Below, piece by piece: positions 1 through 10,500 of a stretch of 64,000 nt of DNA (positions are counted from its first letter, which is position 1; every line of letters begins with the position of its first letter). The stretch is from contig JAWLHB010000003.1 in the NCBI GenBank assembly GCA_041690595.1, forward strand, positions 62,001 to 126,000, read 5' to 3'. The position numbers and the translations under genes were made by a program. This stretch comes from Lentisphaeria bacterium. GTDB taxonomy: Bacteria > Verrucomicrobiota > Lentisphaeria > JABSQK01 > JAWLHB01. The notes under the pieces are model-generated. The model was not told the DNA's origin. It saw nothing but the letters and a program-made list of their open reading frames with translations, and ran no database searches.

Positions 1-94
1 CCAGAATTGAGCATCCGAAGGCGCGAGATGCCATGACTTCCCAGAGAAAGCCCAGACGCCGCTGGAGTCAAATTGTCCGGTCTGGAGGTTCTCC

Positions 95-880
95 TTGAGC
101 ACCGCTGATTCTGCAGACGCGTTCCAGCAGGCGTTGATTCGTGTGCTGAGTCTGCTCCGTGACCAAGCACTACCACTGTCCTTGGCGGAGTTGACAGAGC
201 GCCTCATGATTATGAGGGGAAGAGCAAAGCCGCTATTCAACGAGGAGCGCTACGTGTCGCTCAGCGCTTTTCTGATTGACCAGGATTTCATCGACTACCG
301 TGAAGATGAAGATGGCTGCATCGAGATCGTGTATATTGATCGCCAACAGGTACCTTACGAACCGCCGCCATTCCGAGAAAGGAGTTACCGCACCCTCCGT
401 GACCCTGTTATCGAAGCCTTGAAATTCAAGATAGACTGGCATCCCGATCCGCTGCTGAAGCCCAAGGTCATGGTCAGTGTGTGGCATGATGGTCCCTATA
501 ACGGCACAAAACCTACCGGCTTCGAATTCGGCCGGCACCGCTGTTCGGCGGACGATTGGTGCGAGGTACTATACAGGGTTCTGGTAATTGCGGCAGAAGA
601 GGCAGGGGACGCATTCAACGATTTCGAGTTTATCTTCGGTGGCCGGAACAAGCGTTTCTACTTTTCGCGCAATCCGTATTGGGTCAAAGCACAGCGGTCA
701 GACAATCAGGAACGGGTAGTAAAAATACCCGGGACTGATCTGTACATCGACATCAATTTGAGCGCCAACAATGTGGTAGCCCTGTGCGACGCCATATGCG
801 ACTATCACCACAGCCCATATCGTGTCCGACCGCTGACCGTTCCTCAGATCAAAGACCGAACACGCAGATACATATCTTAG
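95..880 (+). CDS. Hypothetical protein; possible N-terminal LOTUS/OST-HTH-like and C-terminal SeqA-C-like domain
   Basis: 261-aa ORF with TTG start after GGAGG. C-terminal GRNKRFYFSRNP...KIPGTDLYIDINLSANN resembles SeqA-like domains. Domain calls are by eye. Confidence 0.6.
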   Translation: MSTADSADAFQQALIRVLSLLRDQALPLSLAELTERLMIMRGRAKPLFNEERYVSLSAFLIDQDFIDYREDEDGCIEIVYIDRQQVPYEPPPFRERSYRTLRDPVIEALKFKIDWHPDPLLKPKVMVSVWHDGPYNGTKPTGFEFGRHRCSADDWCEVLYRVLVIAAEEAGDAFNDFEFIFGGRNKRFYFSRNPYWVKAQRSDNQERVVKIPGTDLYIDINLSANNVVALCDAICDYHHSPYRVRPLTVPQIKDRTRRYIS

Positions 881-962
881 GCAACTACCGGATTGTCCAA
901 AGTGAGGAATGCACGGTCAGTGGCCATTGGCGCTCACCAGCACCACTTTGAGGCTGATTAAG

Positions 963-1038
963 TGGCACCCCGGGTTGGAATTGAACCAACGACCCACGGT
1001 TTAGAAGACCGTTGCTCTATCCACTGAGCTACCGGGGC
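963..1038 (-). tRNA. tRNA-Arg (anticodon UCU)
   Basis: Reverse complement GCCCCGGTAGCTCAGTGGATAGAGCAACGGTCTTCTAAACCGTGGGTCGTTGGTTCAATTCCAACCCGGGGTGCCA: 76-nt cloverleaf, anticodon loop CTTCTAA, TTCAA T-loop, encoded CCA. Confidence 0.97.
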
Positions 1039-1200
1039 ACTTGGGCGAGATGTGGTAAGATAGCGTGTCGACGGGAGAGGGCAAGGGTTGATGTGCGGGG
1101 AATGAGCGAAGTGCGCTGGTATTGGGGGCGAGGGCGAGCACATTAGGCGGTTGTCGTCGATCTTCATAATCGTAGCAGCGCCAGAGAAAGGGGGAATACC

Positions 1201-2280
1201 ATGACGAATCGCGAGTTGTTCAGGGAGATCATGTTCTATGGCACCTTCGACCGGATGCCGGTCGTGCATTGGACGGGGTGGCCGGAGACGATGGAACGGT
1301 GGTATGCGGAAGGGCTCCCGCGGGATGTGAACATTCACGATGTACTTGGCACGAAGCCTCACTGGACGGGAATCGGGGCGAATCTCAGCCTCTTCCCTGC
1401 CTTTGAGGAGGAGGTGCTGAAGGAGACGGACGAATACCGCATCGTGCGGGGCGCCGATGGGGTCGTCATGCAGGATTGGAAGCACAAGAGTTGCATTCCG
1501 CACTACATCGATTTCACCATGAAGGATGCCAGTGGCTGGGCGGACTACAAGAAACGGTTGCAGCCGCATCCCGACCGTTTGCCCGCCAATCTCGACCAGC
1601 GCATCGCCCAGGTCAAGGCCAGTGGACTGCCTGTATCGATCGGTACTGCCTCGATGATGGGATGGATCCGCAACTGGATGGGCGTCGAGAATTTCTCTTA
1701 CCTGATGTACGACGAGCCGGACTGCCTCGGTGATATGGTCGATACGCTGGCGGATCTGACCTGCTGGAGCATCGACGCGCTGGTGCCGGCGATGCAGGCA
1801 CAGGGCCTGACACCGGACATGGGCTTTGGCTGGGAAGACATCTGCGGCAAGTCCGGCCCGCTGGTGAGTCCGTCGATCTTCGAGAAGCATGTGGCGAAAG
1901 GCTACCGCAAGGTGCGGAACAAGCTCGAAAGCTACGGTGTGAAGCTGCTGGGCATCGATTCGGATGGCGATGTGCGCCCCCTGCTCAAGCAATGGCTGGA
2001 CGCCGGCGTCAATGTTCAGTTCCCCATCGAAGTGGGCACCTGGAAGCCGGATGGCATGGCTATTCGCAAGCAGTACGGCAAGGAGCTGCGGATCATCGGC
2101 CACTTCAACAAGATGACGCTGGAGATGAATCAGCAGGCCGTGCTCGACGAGTTCGAGCGGCTCAAACCCTTGATGCGCGATGGCGGCTACATGATGATGC
2201 CCGACCATCTGATCACTCCCGGCGTATCCCTGGAGATGTACAAGTGGTATATCGAGCAGGTGCGCCAGTTGCGCTTCTGA
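1201..2280 (+). CDS. Uroporphyrinogen decarboxylase (URO-D/MtaA-CmuA)-like family protein
   Basis: 359 aa; WEDICGKSGPLVSP, DSDGD, FPIE and GGYMMMPDH motifs typical of URO-D-like TIM barrels. Confidence 0.85.
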   Translation: MTNRELFREIMFYGTFDRMPVVHWTGWPETMERWYAEGLPRDVNIHDVLGTKPHWTGIGANLSLFPAFEEEVLKETDEYRIVRGADGVVMQDWKHKSCIPHYIDFTMKDASGWADYKKRLQPHPDRLPANLDQRIAQVKASGLPVSIGTASMMGWIRNWMGVENFSYLMYDEPDCLGDMVDTLADLTCWSIDALVPAMQAQGLTPDMGFGWEDICGKSGPLVSPSIFEKHVAKGYRKVRNKLESYGVKLLGIDSDGDVRPLLKQWLDAGVNVQFPIEVGTWKPDGMAIRKQYGKELRIIGHFNKMTLEMNQQAVLDEFERLKPLMRDGGYMMMPDHLITPGVSLEMYKWYIEQVRQLRF

Positions 2281-2289
2281 TTGATCCCG

Positions 2290-3507
2290 TCACTTTCTGA
2301 GCCCCACGGCCAGGGAGCTGAGCAGCAGCAGGGTCAGGGCAAAGATGGCGAAGGCAAAGGTGAAGCCATCGCCCCACCCTGCTCGCTGCCCCAGCACGGT
2401 GGCCATGACGCTGGCGCCTGCCGCAGCCGTGACCCCAAAATCGCGACCGATGAAGAGCAGTCCAATCGAGGTCGAGCGGTCGGTCTGCCGCACATGGTCG
2501 CCGACCCAGGCCATCGCCATGGACTGCACGGAGGCAAAGCACCAGCCCAGCCCGAAGCAGCCTCCCCCGATCAGTCCCCACGCCTGCCATGCCGCCACAT
2601 GCGTCATTGCGGCCACCGTCGCCAGCATGGCAAAGCCGGCCGCGCCGACCAGCGTCCCCGTCAGCAGCACAGGCCGCCGCCCGATCCGGTCGCTCAGCGG
2701 TCCAACCAGCAGGCTGGAGAAAGCCATCACCGCGTAGAGCGGCAGTGAAATCGTCCCCAGATGCTCATTGACGGCGGGTATCCGCTCGATCAGCGGCGTA
2801 ACCAGGCTGTAGAAGACGCCATAGCTGATGGCGGCGCCCGCGAGGAGGCCGAAGATACGGCCACCCCCAGCGTGCAGAAGGCGGCGGAAGACCTGCCACG
2901 GATGCACCAGGCTGGGCGCGTGGTCGGCGCGAACCGGCAGCATCCAGGCGACGAGCGTCGCCGCCAACGCAATCGCCACCCAGCCAATCTGCAGCCACGA
3001 AAAGGCGCTCGAGTGATACCGAAGCTCCGCCGGCAGAATCCAATCCACACTGAGCGCGCCAATCACCAGCCCAACGCCGGTAAAGGCGTAGAGGCGCGAG
3101 GCAGCCGTTCCGTGGCGCTCGACCTTCGCCAGGGCAAGCGCCAGCGCGCCGCCGGCAGACCAGAGCAAGGCGCTGCCCAAGCCGATGAGGGCCATACCCG
3201 CGTACAACAGCCACGGTCGCGACACATTGAAGGTCATTCCGACCGCCAGCGCCAGCAGCAGACCGACCACGATCAACGTTCGTCGAGCCTGAAGCCGCTC
3301 CGTCACCGGCCCGGCCATCAGCCGCGAGAGCCCCAGCGTCCCATACAGGAAGCCCAGCGCCCAGGCACCCGCCTGCGCTCCCAGCCCCATCGCCACGCAG
3401 CGCCCGCCGAGGACCAGCTGGAATGGCCCCACAACCAGGTAGTAGAGCAGATAGACGAATCCGAGCAACCAGCCCCCACGCCTTGCCTCTTCGCGCATCT
3501 CCATCAT
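2290..3507 (-). CDS. MFS transporter
   Basis: About 12 hydrophobic segments; MFS motif A GPLSDRIGRRPVL. Confidence 0.9.
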   Translation of the reverse strand: MMEMREEARRGGWLLGFVYLLYYLVVGPFQLVLGGRCVAMGLGAQAGAWALGFLYGTLGLSRLMAGPVTERLQARRTLIVVGLLLALAVGMTFNVSRPWLLYAGMALIGLGSALLWSAGGALALALAKVERHGTAASRLYAFTGVGLVIGALSVDWILPAELRYHSSAFSWLQIGWVAIALAATLVAWMLPVRADHAPSLVHPWQVFRRLLHAGGGRIFGLLAGAAISYGVFYSLVTPLIERIPAVNEHLGTISLPLYAVMAFSSLLVGPLSDRIGRRPVLLTGTLVGAAGFAMLATVAAMTHVAAWQAWGLIGGGCFGLGWCFASVQSMAMAWVGDHVRQTDRSTSIGLLFIGRDFGVTAAAGASVMATVLGQRAGWGDGFTFAFAIFALTLLLLSSLAVGLRK

Positions 3508-3589
3508 CGAACGCCATCTCCTGAATCGTGCTTTAGCCGGAATTCAGGGAATGTGCCCCACGATTGGCTGAATGCAACGGTGGCGAAGC

Positions 3590-4378
3590 TCAGCCAATCG
3601 CCCAGGGCATGCTGTTCTCGAGATAGTGAACCTGAAGCTCGGGGAAGCGGCAGGCGACTTTCTCGGCGAGGCGCTTCATGGCTTCCATCTCGGTGCTGTG
3701 GTGGAAGGCGTCGATCACCGTGCAATCCAGCTCGCGCGCAAAGCGCACGACCCCGTCGATGACGTCGCCGCCCAGGATCACATCCATCCCCAGCGGCAGG
3801 GTGCAGGCGGCGGCATTCCACCACTGGCAGAGCCCGCCCCAGGCCACGCAGACTCGCGAAACCACCCGCTCCGGATCGCCATCGTACCGCACGAAGGGCA
3901 GGCGCAGGCGATCTTTCACCTGCGCGATCAGGTCACGCAGCGGCATCGGCGGCAGCACCACCAGCGGCACCCCTTTCGAAAAATCCGCGGGATAGTCGCC
4001 CCAGCCCAACTGATCGATAACGGCGCGGGGCATGCCCCAGTCGGCCAGATCGAGATTGGAGTGAAAGCGATGAATCGCCATGCCGTGCTCTCCGCACAGA
4101 TCGGCAATGCGCTGGTTGGCAGCCACCTCCCAGGTCGACGGCGGCGTGCCCCAATGATAGTCGAGGCGAGTATCGTAGATGACGCGCTCGTGCGTGAGAC
4201 CGAGCGTGACGCCCCGGCCGGCGAAGGTCGCAATCATCTCGCTGGTGATCCACCAGGCAACGCCAACCGCCTCGACCGCGACGTTGCCATCGCCAAACTC
4301 GAAGATGTTCTCCTTGCCCCAGTCGGGATTGGGCGCAATCTCCCAGACGAAGTCGATGATCTCCTGTGCTCGCGGCAT
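3590..4378 (-). CDS. Nif3-like dinuclear metal-centre protein
   Basis: Start moved to ATG 4378 (MPRAQEII). Motifs LTHE, RFHSNLD, GD and HHSTE..AM. Confidence 0.8.
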   Translation of the reverse strand: MPRAQEIIDFVWEIAPNPDWGKENIFEFGDGNVAVEAVGVAWWITSEMIATFAGRGVTLGLTHERVIYDTRLDYHWGTPPSTWEVAANQRIADLCGEHGMAIHRFHSNLDLADWGMPRAVIDQLGWGDYPADFSKGVPLVVLPPMPLRDLIAQVKDRLRLPFVRYDGDPERVVSRVCVAWGGLCQWWNAAACTLPLGMDVILGGDVIDGVVRFARELDCTVIDAFHHSTEMEAMKRLAEKVACRFPELQVHYLENSMPWAIG

Positions 4379-4389
4379 GGACAACTCCT

Positions 4390-5226
4390 TCAGACGGTGG
4401 CGGTCGTAGTGGCTAAGGCGGGAAAGGTCATCAGCATCTGCTTCCGGCGCGCCGGATCGACACTGCGCGGGCGCACATCCTGATACACGTAGCGCTGTGG
4501 ACGGACTGGATGCGTATCCGGTCCCGCCCAGATTCCGATGACGTTGCGCCGCGGTCGGGGGCTGACATTCGGACCTCCGCCATGGATGATGTTGACATGA
4601 AAAAGCACTGCCGAACCCGCCGGACAACAGACGCTCACCCGCTCCGTATCCGGCAGCCGCTCTTCGGGAATGTCCGTGTCGTCCGCGCGGAATTGATCAT
4701 GCCTGATGCGATGGGTCCCCGGCAGCACCACGGTGGCCCCATTCTCTTCGGTCATGTCATCGAGACAGAGCATCGCCGTGATGAGATCCGGCGTCGAATG
4801 ATTCAGGTACGGGAGATCGCGATGCCAGCAGAAGGTGCTGCTGACCAGCGGCGATTTGACGATGCACTTGTAGTTGTGGAAGTGGAACTCCGTCGTGCCA
4901 AAGAGCGCCTGCAGGACATCGAGCAGGGGATCGAAGTGGATCATCTCGGCGAATACCGGATCGAAAAGGGGCAGCTCCATGATCACGCGGATGGCATCGC
5001 CAAGCTCTTCGGGAGCACGCTGGTTGTACTGGCGATGCGTGCGCACGTAATCCTGCTCGAAGACGATGTGGCGCGCCAGGTGCTCCGGCAAGTCGCGCGG
5101 CTTGCTGGTGATGGCATCGACGCCGTCGCGCAGCCGCGTCAGGGTTTCAGGGTCGACGAGGTCGGGGACAACCAGATAGCCGCTGGCCTCGTAGTCGCGT
5201 TTCCAGCCAATGGGATCGTGATGCAT
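4390..5226 (-). CDS. Phytanoyl-CoA dioxygenase (PhyH) family Fe(II)/2OG oxygenase
   Basis: WHRD (HxD), LDDMTEENG, PGTH and IIHGG motifs. Confidence 0.9.
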   Translation of the reverse strand: MHHDPIGWKRDYEASGYLVVPDLVDPETLTRLRDGVDAITSKPRDLPEHLARHIVFEQDYVRTHRQYNQRAPEELGDAIRVIMELPLFDPVFAEMIHFDPLLDVLQALFGTTEFHFHNYKCIVKSPLVSSTFCWHRDLPYLNHSTPDLITAMLCLDDMTEENGATVVLPGTHRIRHDQFRADDTDIPEERLPDTERVSVCCPAGSAVLFHVNIIHGGGPNVSPRPRRNVIGIWAGPDTHPVRPQRYVYQDVRPRSVDPARRKQMLMTFPALATTTATV

Positions 5227-5247
5227 GATGATCTCCTGATTTGCCGT

Positions 5248-6447
5248 TCAGGCGTAGCTCGGTTCGAAGGGTAAGGGAGCGGGTGGAATAACGACAGGCA
5301 TGCCGGTCTCACTGCTGACGCCGGCTGCCCAGCCGATAGCGGCGCTGTTGCGGGCGCCGATCACGCCGGGACAGCAAGGCTCGCCGCGCTGGACGCGAGC
5401 AATGAACTCGGCCTGGATCTTCGGATCGCTGCCGCCGTGGCCGCCGACACGCTGCTCCGAGTGAATGATGTCGCGCCGCTTGCTGTGGCGGTAGGTGACC
5501 TCAATGCGGAAATCCTGCTCGTTGTTGTAGAAGCCCACGATTCGGCCCCGGTCGCCAATCAAGGTAAAATGGCGATTGTAGTCCGGCGTGAAGTGGCACT
5601 CCACGAAGCTCATGCGGGCACCATTGTCGTAGCGCACCAGAACCATGGTGTTGTCTTCGATATCGACATCCCTGCCCCAGACGCAGAAGTCTTCGCGCTG
5701 GCTGGTCGTCACCCCATAGTCCCACATGAACTCGCGCGGCATATGGAAGGCGCAGGTGCCGGTGCGGTCGCAGTCGCGACAGCGTTTTTCGGGCGACTCG
5801 ATGCCACCGAAGACATCCAGGCCGCCATCCGCGAAGACCCGAACCGGCTGGGCGTCGATCCACCAGTTCATCAGGTCGATCGAGTGTGTCCCCTTCTGCA
5901 GCAGCAGGTTGCCCACGAAGTCCTTGTGGCGCAGGTCGTCATGAAAGAAATACTGCCCGCCGACGGATACGTTGTCGACGGCATAGCCAAGCTTGATCTG
6001 CCCGACATCGCCACGCTTGATGATCGCCATCATGTCTTCGCAGAGCGAGCAGTAGCGCAGCTCCAGGCCGATCATGAAGACCGAGGGGCTCCCCTGCCAG
6101 GCACGGATCATGGCATCGCAGTCATCGAGCGTCTGCGCCATCGGCTTTTCCAGAAAGAGATGTTTGCCCGCCTCCAGCACCTGGATCCCGTTGGCGGCAT
6201 GGGCCTTGTCGTGGGTGGCAACGATGACGGCGTCCACCCGCGGATCCGCGAGCATCGCGGCAAGATCCGTGTAACAGGCCAGCTCCTCCCCCATCTCCAC
6301 CTTCTTGCGGGTCATGGCGAAGCGCTTCTCGTTGCGATCGCAGACCGCGATCAGCTCGGCGCCTTTGAGTTCCTTGAAGGCATAGGCGAGGTAGATGCCG
6401 CGAGAGCCAAGTCCAAGTACTCCGATCCCAACAGGTCGATTCATCAT
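5248..6447 (-). CDS. Gfo/Idh/MocA family NAD(P)-dependent oxidoreductase
   Basis: Start moved to MMNRPVGIGVLGLGSRG. Motifs EKPMA, KGTHSID and GGHGGSD. Confidence 0.9.
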   Translation of the reverse strand: MMNRPVGIGVLGLGSRGIYLAYAFKELKGAELIAVCDRNEKRFAMTRKKVEMGEELACYTDLAAMLADPRVDAVIVATHDKAHAANGIQVLEAGKHLFLEKPMAQTLDDCDAMIRAWQGSPSVFMIGLELRYCSLCEDMMAIIKRGDVGQIKLGYAVDNVSVGGQYFFHDDLRHKDFVGNLLLQKGTHSIDLMNWWIDAQPVRVFADGGLDVFGGIESPEKRCRDCDRTGTCAFHMPREFMWDYGVTTSQREDFCVWGRDVDIEDNTMVLVRYDNGARMSFVECHFTPDYNRHFTLIGDRGRIVGFYNNEQDFRIEVTYRHSKRRDIIHSEQRVGGHGGSDPKIQAEFIARVQRGEPCCPGVIGARNSAAIGWAAGVSSETGMPVVIPPAPLPFEPSYA

Positions 6448-6458
6448 CAACGATTCCG

Positions 6459-7571
6459 TCAGTTTGAAGGTGCAGACGTTACATGAAGATAGTCGGAAGC
6501 AGAGGCGCGAACAAGTGCCTCCAGATTTTCGGGCGGCGTGTCCCCCAGCAGCGAACAGGCACCACCGACGATGTGCCGATAGCCGGCGACCGTCGTCAGG
6601 AGCTTGCGGACCTGTACCTCGATCCGCGCGGGACTCAGCGTCGCCAGATCCTGCAGATTGAGGTTGCCCTTGAAGGCGATCTCCGGCGGCAGTTGCCGGC
6701 GCACCGCGTGCAGCTCCTCGATGTCGCCGAGTGGCGGCGCTTCGAAACCTTCCAGCCAATCCGGCAGGATACGGCCGTAGATGCCTCTCTCCAGCTTGTG
6801 GCGCATGTTGCCGCACTCGTGCAGGTAGTAGATGGCCCCATGCGTGTGGCAGTGTTCACGAAGCTGGATGCAATACGGCTCCATCCACTCCTCCACCATT
6901 TTCGGCGAATACATGTTGCTCCCCAGGCTGCCGGCAAAGAAGCATCGTACGCCGAGTGCGCTGGCCTCGTCGATCATCCGTCGGCGCACCTGGCACATGC
7001 GCTCCGCCACATCCCGCATCTCGCGGCTGTGTTCCAGCGTATAGAAGATCGTCGTCACGTGATCCTGGAAGCTGCCGAAGGGATGGCCCACATTCAGGCA
7101 GACCATGCCCCGTTCCCCCACCCGCCGCACGATCTCGCCCAAGCGCAGGCGAAAGGTCTCCCAGTCGGCGCGGTTCTCCCAGAACCAGGCCATCCGCAGC
7201 GTATCCTCGATGGACGCGATCAACTGGCTCTCGCCGTGCGTGTGATCCCCCAGCTTCGAGAAGACGCAGGTCAGGTCGCCGTCGGCAGTCGCATAGCGGT
7301 GGCGGAGCCGCTGCCGCTCCCCGTCCTCTTCGAGAAGCTCCACTTCCGGCTCGATCAAGCCCAGGCATCCAATCTCGATCTTGATAATCGGCGGAAAACC
7401 GCAGCGTTCTCCGACCGCCAGCTTGGCTTCCAGCATCGCCGGATCGTTCTGCGGCAGGTGCGGCGGCAGCGAACTCCATGCCCGCGGCAGTACCTCGCTG
7501 TACAACGGCGAAACCAGGATCTGCTCGCCTTCTCCACGGTTGAAGCGCAGGAAACGGTCGGTGACGCTCAT
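6459..7571 (-). CDS. URO-D-like family protein
   Basis: LHECG, FEAPPLGD, FKGNL and TPPENLEA motifs; start overlaps the upstream stop (ATGA). Confidence 0.75.
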   Translation of the reverse strand: MSVTDRFLRFNRGEGEQILVSPLYSEVLPRAWSSLPPHLPQNDPAMLEAKLAVGERCGFPPIIKIEIGCLGLIEPEVELLEEDGERQRLRHRYATADGDLTCVFSKLGDHTHGESQLIASIEDTLRMAWFWENRADWETFRLRLGEIVRRVGERGMVCLNVGHPFGSFQDHVTTIFYTLEHSREMRDVAERMCQVRRRMIDEASALGVRCFFAGSLGSNMYSPKMVEEWMEPYCIQLREHCHTHGAIYYLHECGNMRHKLERGIYGRILPDWLEGFEAPPLGDIEELHAVRRQLPPEIAFKGNLNLQDLATLSPARIEVQVRKLLTTVAGYRHIVGGACSLLGDTPPENLEALVRASASDYLHVTSAPSN

Positions 7572-10500
7572 GGTTTCGCCTCCGTTGCCTTGGCTGTCTC
7601 CGCCGCGGCTTCCGCGGCCGTGGCGGCGGCATTCTCGTCTTCGACCGGACTCTCCGGCGATGCCTGGCGGTGCAATTCCTCGCGCGACTCGCGCCAGCCG
7701 GTACCGCTGAAGCTGTAGACAAAAGGATCGGCGTACGTCGGCTCGAAGATGAAGGGCGGACTCTTCACGGCATACTTGCCGGCGAAGTCCATATTTCCAT
7801 CGGCATAGAGCCCTTCATATTCCGCTTTCAGGATCGGTTTCGCCAGGAAGAGGGGATCGGCGATCTTGTGGAAGAACTCCCGGCTTCCGGCGCGGACCAT
7901 CCACTTATCGATCGGCGCGGTGTCGCCATTCTCGAAAGCCTGCTTGCGGTAGCGGAACGGATGAAACCTGCCGACATGTGGGTACTTGCGATCCACCATG
8001 CGCATGAGCATCACGATCCCGCGCCGCATGCTGCCCTGCGTCGGCCCCTCGATGATCACCTGGCGGGCGGCTGTGTCGATGCGCACCTGCTCCTGATCGA
8101 GCATGATCGCTTCCCCGAAGACCAGTTGCCAGCCCGCGAAGCCTCCCGGCTCATCCACGAATTCCGCGTGCTCCATGTTGCCATGGATGCCGTCCTCGCT
8201 GTCGTACTGGTCGAGAAAGTCGTTCCAGAAGTTGGCCGAGCCGAACTCAAAGCCAATATGCGGCTGCCCAAGCACATTCTCCTTGTCATAAGCAAAGCGC
8301 GTCCCCTTGTCGGCAACCAACTGGACGTTGTTGTGCCCATCCTTCAGCAGTTCCACCTGCGCCCACTCCTCGGTCGTGAATGCCAGGGTCGCGGTCCGGT
8401 AGTCGATGACGATGCGGTGCTGCCCCGCCGGAAGATCCAGCGGCTCGTCCGGTATCAGGCTGATCCCTTCGCCATTCAGCTGCAGCTCCGCCATCCGGTA
8501 GATCGGGGCAAAGCTGCTGAGGTCGAGGTAGCCGCTCCCGTCCAAGCGAAGGTCGATCGTCAGCCGCATCTCGATCCCGTCACCGGTCAGCTCCATCGTG
8601 GCGCTGCCGGTTGTATCGTGAAGAAAGCCAACGGCCTGAAAGGCTGCGACGTCGCGTGGATCGATCGCCACGCCTGTTACCGTGCTCTGCTCGGCCGCGA
8701 GCTGCATCCGGCTGCTCCCGCCATGGAAGGGCGCCCACAGCGGTATGCCGTCGAAATAGCGATTATGCACCAGCAGGTCGGTGGTCCGCGCTTCCGGTTG
8801 CCGGTTGCCAACCACAAGCAGCGACTCGAAACCATTGCCGGCCCGCCGCACCCAAAGCCCATCCGCCACCTCGGCTGCATGAATCACCTTGCGCCCGCGA
8901 ACCGTGCTCGCCACCATCACCGGCGCCAGCTCAAGTGCCGCATGCCGCCCGAACATGTAGGAACTCGGATCCAGCGTCACCCCCTGCTCGATACACCACA
9001 GGGTAAGCTGACGGCTGACGTAGCGATAGTAGTCGCGCAGACTCTCGGGCGTGAACTCCTCCGCATTCAGCACGTGCCCGATCCAGTCATCGTTCAAATG
9101 CGTCATCGAGGTAATCGGTTTTTCGCCCAACATGAATCGGGCAGGCCCGAGGTAGCCGCCGCTCCCATGCAGATCCTTGTAAAGCCCAGCCCCCTCGATG
9201 GCCAGCGCCGCGCTGAAGGCGCAGAGCGTATGCGAAAAGGCTCCGCCATCCGAAACAAAGCTCATCCGTGTCCCATTGTCGACAAAAGAGTCGAGCACCT
9301 GGTAGCGCTGCCGCCGCCCCAGCGCCTTGCGAACGAATGGCCCAAGATCCCGTGCCCAGGCACGACCGGGTGTCTGGCCGGCAATCTCGTCGTTGTGCCG
9401 ATAGAGCGACCCCGCGTGGCTCATGTCGTTGATGAAGCCAATGCAGGTTCCCCTCGTCTGCCGGATGAACTCCCGGGTACTGGTGCGGAAATGCGCCCCG
9501 ATCGGCGTGTTGTACTCATTGACGATGTACCAGCCGTAGGTCGGATAGTAGTATTGGCCAAAAGTCAGGGTATCGCTGTTGGGAATGTGCCCCGGCCAGA
9601 GCTGGTTCACGATGTATTCCGGGGTGACATCGGGGCAGGTATGAAAACGCCGCACTGGATACCACTGATCGTAGGACCGAACATGCAGCATGGTGATCGC
9701 CTCCCGCAACTGACCGACCGTCTTCCACAGCCGCTCGACCCGCCTGGTATAGCGCTCGTAGGCACGCTCGCCATACAGCTCCGGATTGTCCCACCAGTCC
9801 GTGCGGCCATACTCGTCTCCCTTGTCGTGCCCCGGCCCGTGGCCCCAGAAGGCTCCCGCATAGCCAAGGCGCTTCATATCCGGATAGGGGTCCGCGTACT
9901 GGTACTGAGTGAGCGGCATGTAACTGTAGATCGAGACATCCGGCCGCAGACGGTAGAGATCCGGGAACTGGTTGTGAAAGGCGTCGATCGCGTCCAGTGT
10001 CTTGAAACTGCCACTGCCCGCCACGATGACAAAGGTGTAGCCATAGCTTTCGCCCGGCGCAAGCGCTACCCGCATCCCCTGGCGGATCTGTCCCTTGCCA
10101 AGGCCCGGCACCCATTCGTTGACGATCTCGCTCAGATCGTTATTCGGGTCGATCCCGACACCGAAATAGCCACCCTCGCTGGCAGCGGCCACAAATGGCA
10201 GGGTTGACATGTATTCGTCATGGCGGCGCGGAACATCAACGAGTTGCCGCGGCTCCACACCATCGAAAAGCTCCACGGGAGGCTCATCCAGCACCACGGG
10301 AAGGCTGAGCAGCGGTTCCAGCCAGGCCTCTTCCGCTCCATGATTGGTCAGGTCGATCCGCCAGTAGAGCACCCCACCCTCATCATGAAGTTCGTGCCGC
10401 GCGACAATCTCCCCCTCGAAGTGCTGCTCACTCCGCAGCCGTCCCCCGCGAACCCGGCCTCCCTTCAATTCCAGGGGCGCCAGCCGCTCCCGCTCCAAGC

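Noticed and set aside
5248..6816. Long N-terminal extensions in the ORF track (also starts at 13257, 4627, 42454 and 52255)
   Set aside because: They overlap neighbouring genes; downstream starts with RBS or stop/start coupling fit better.
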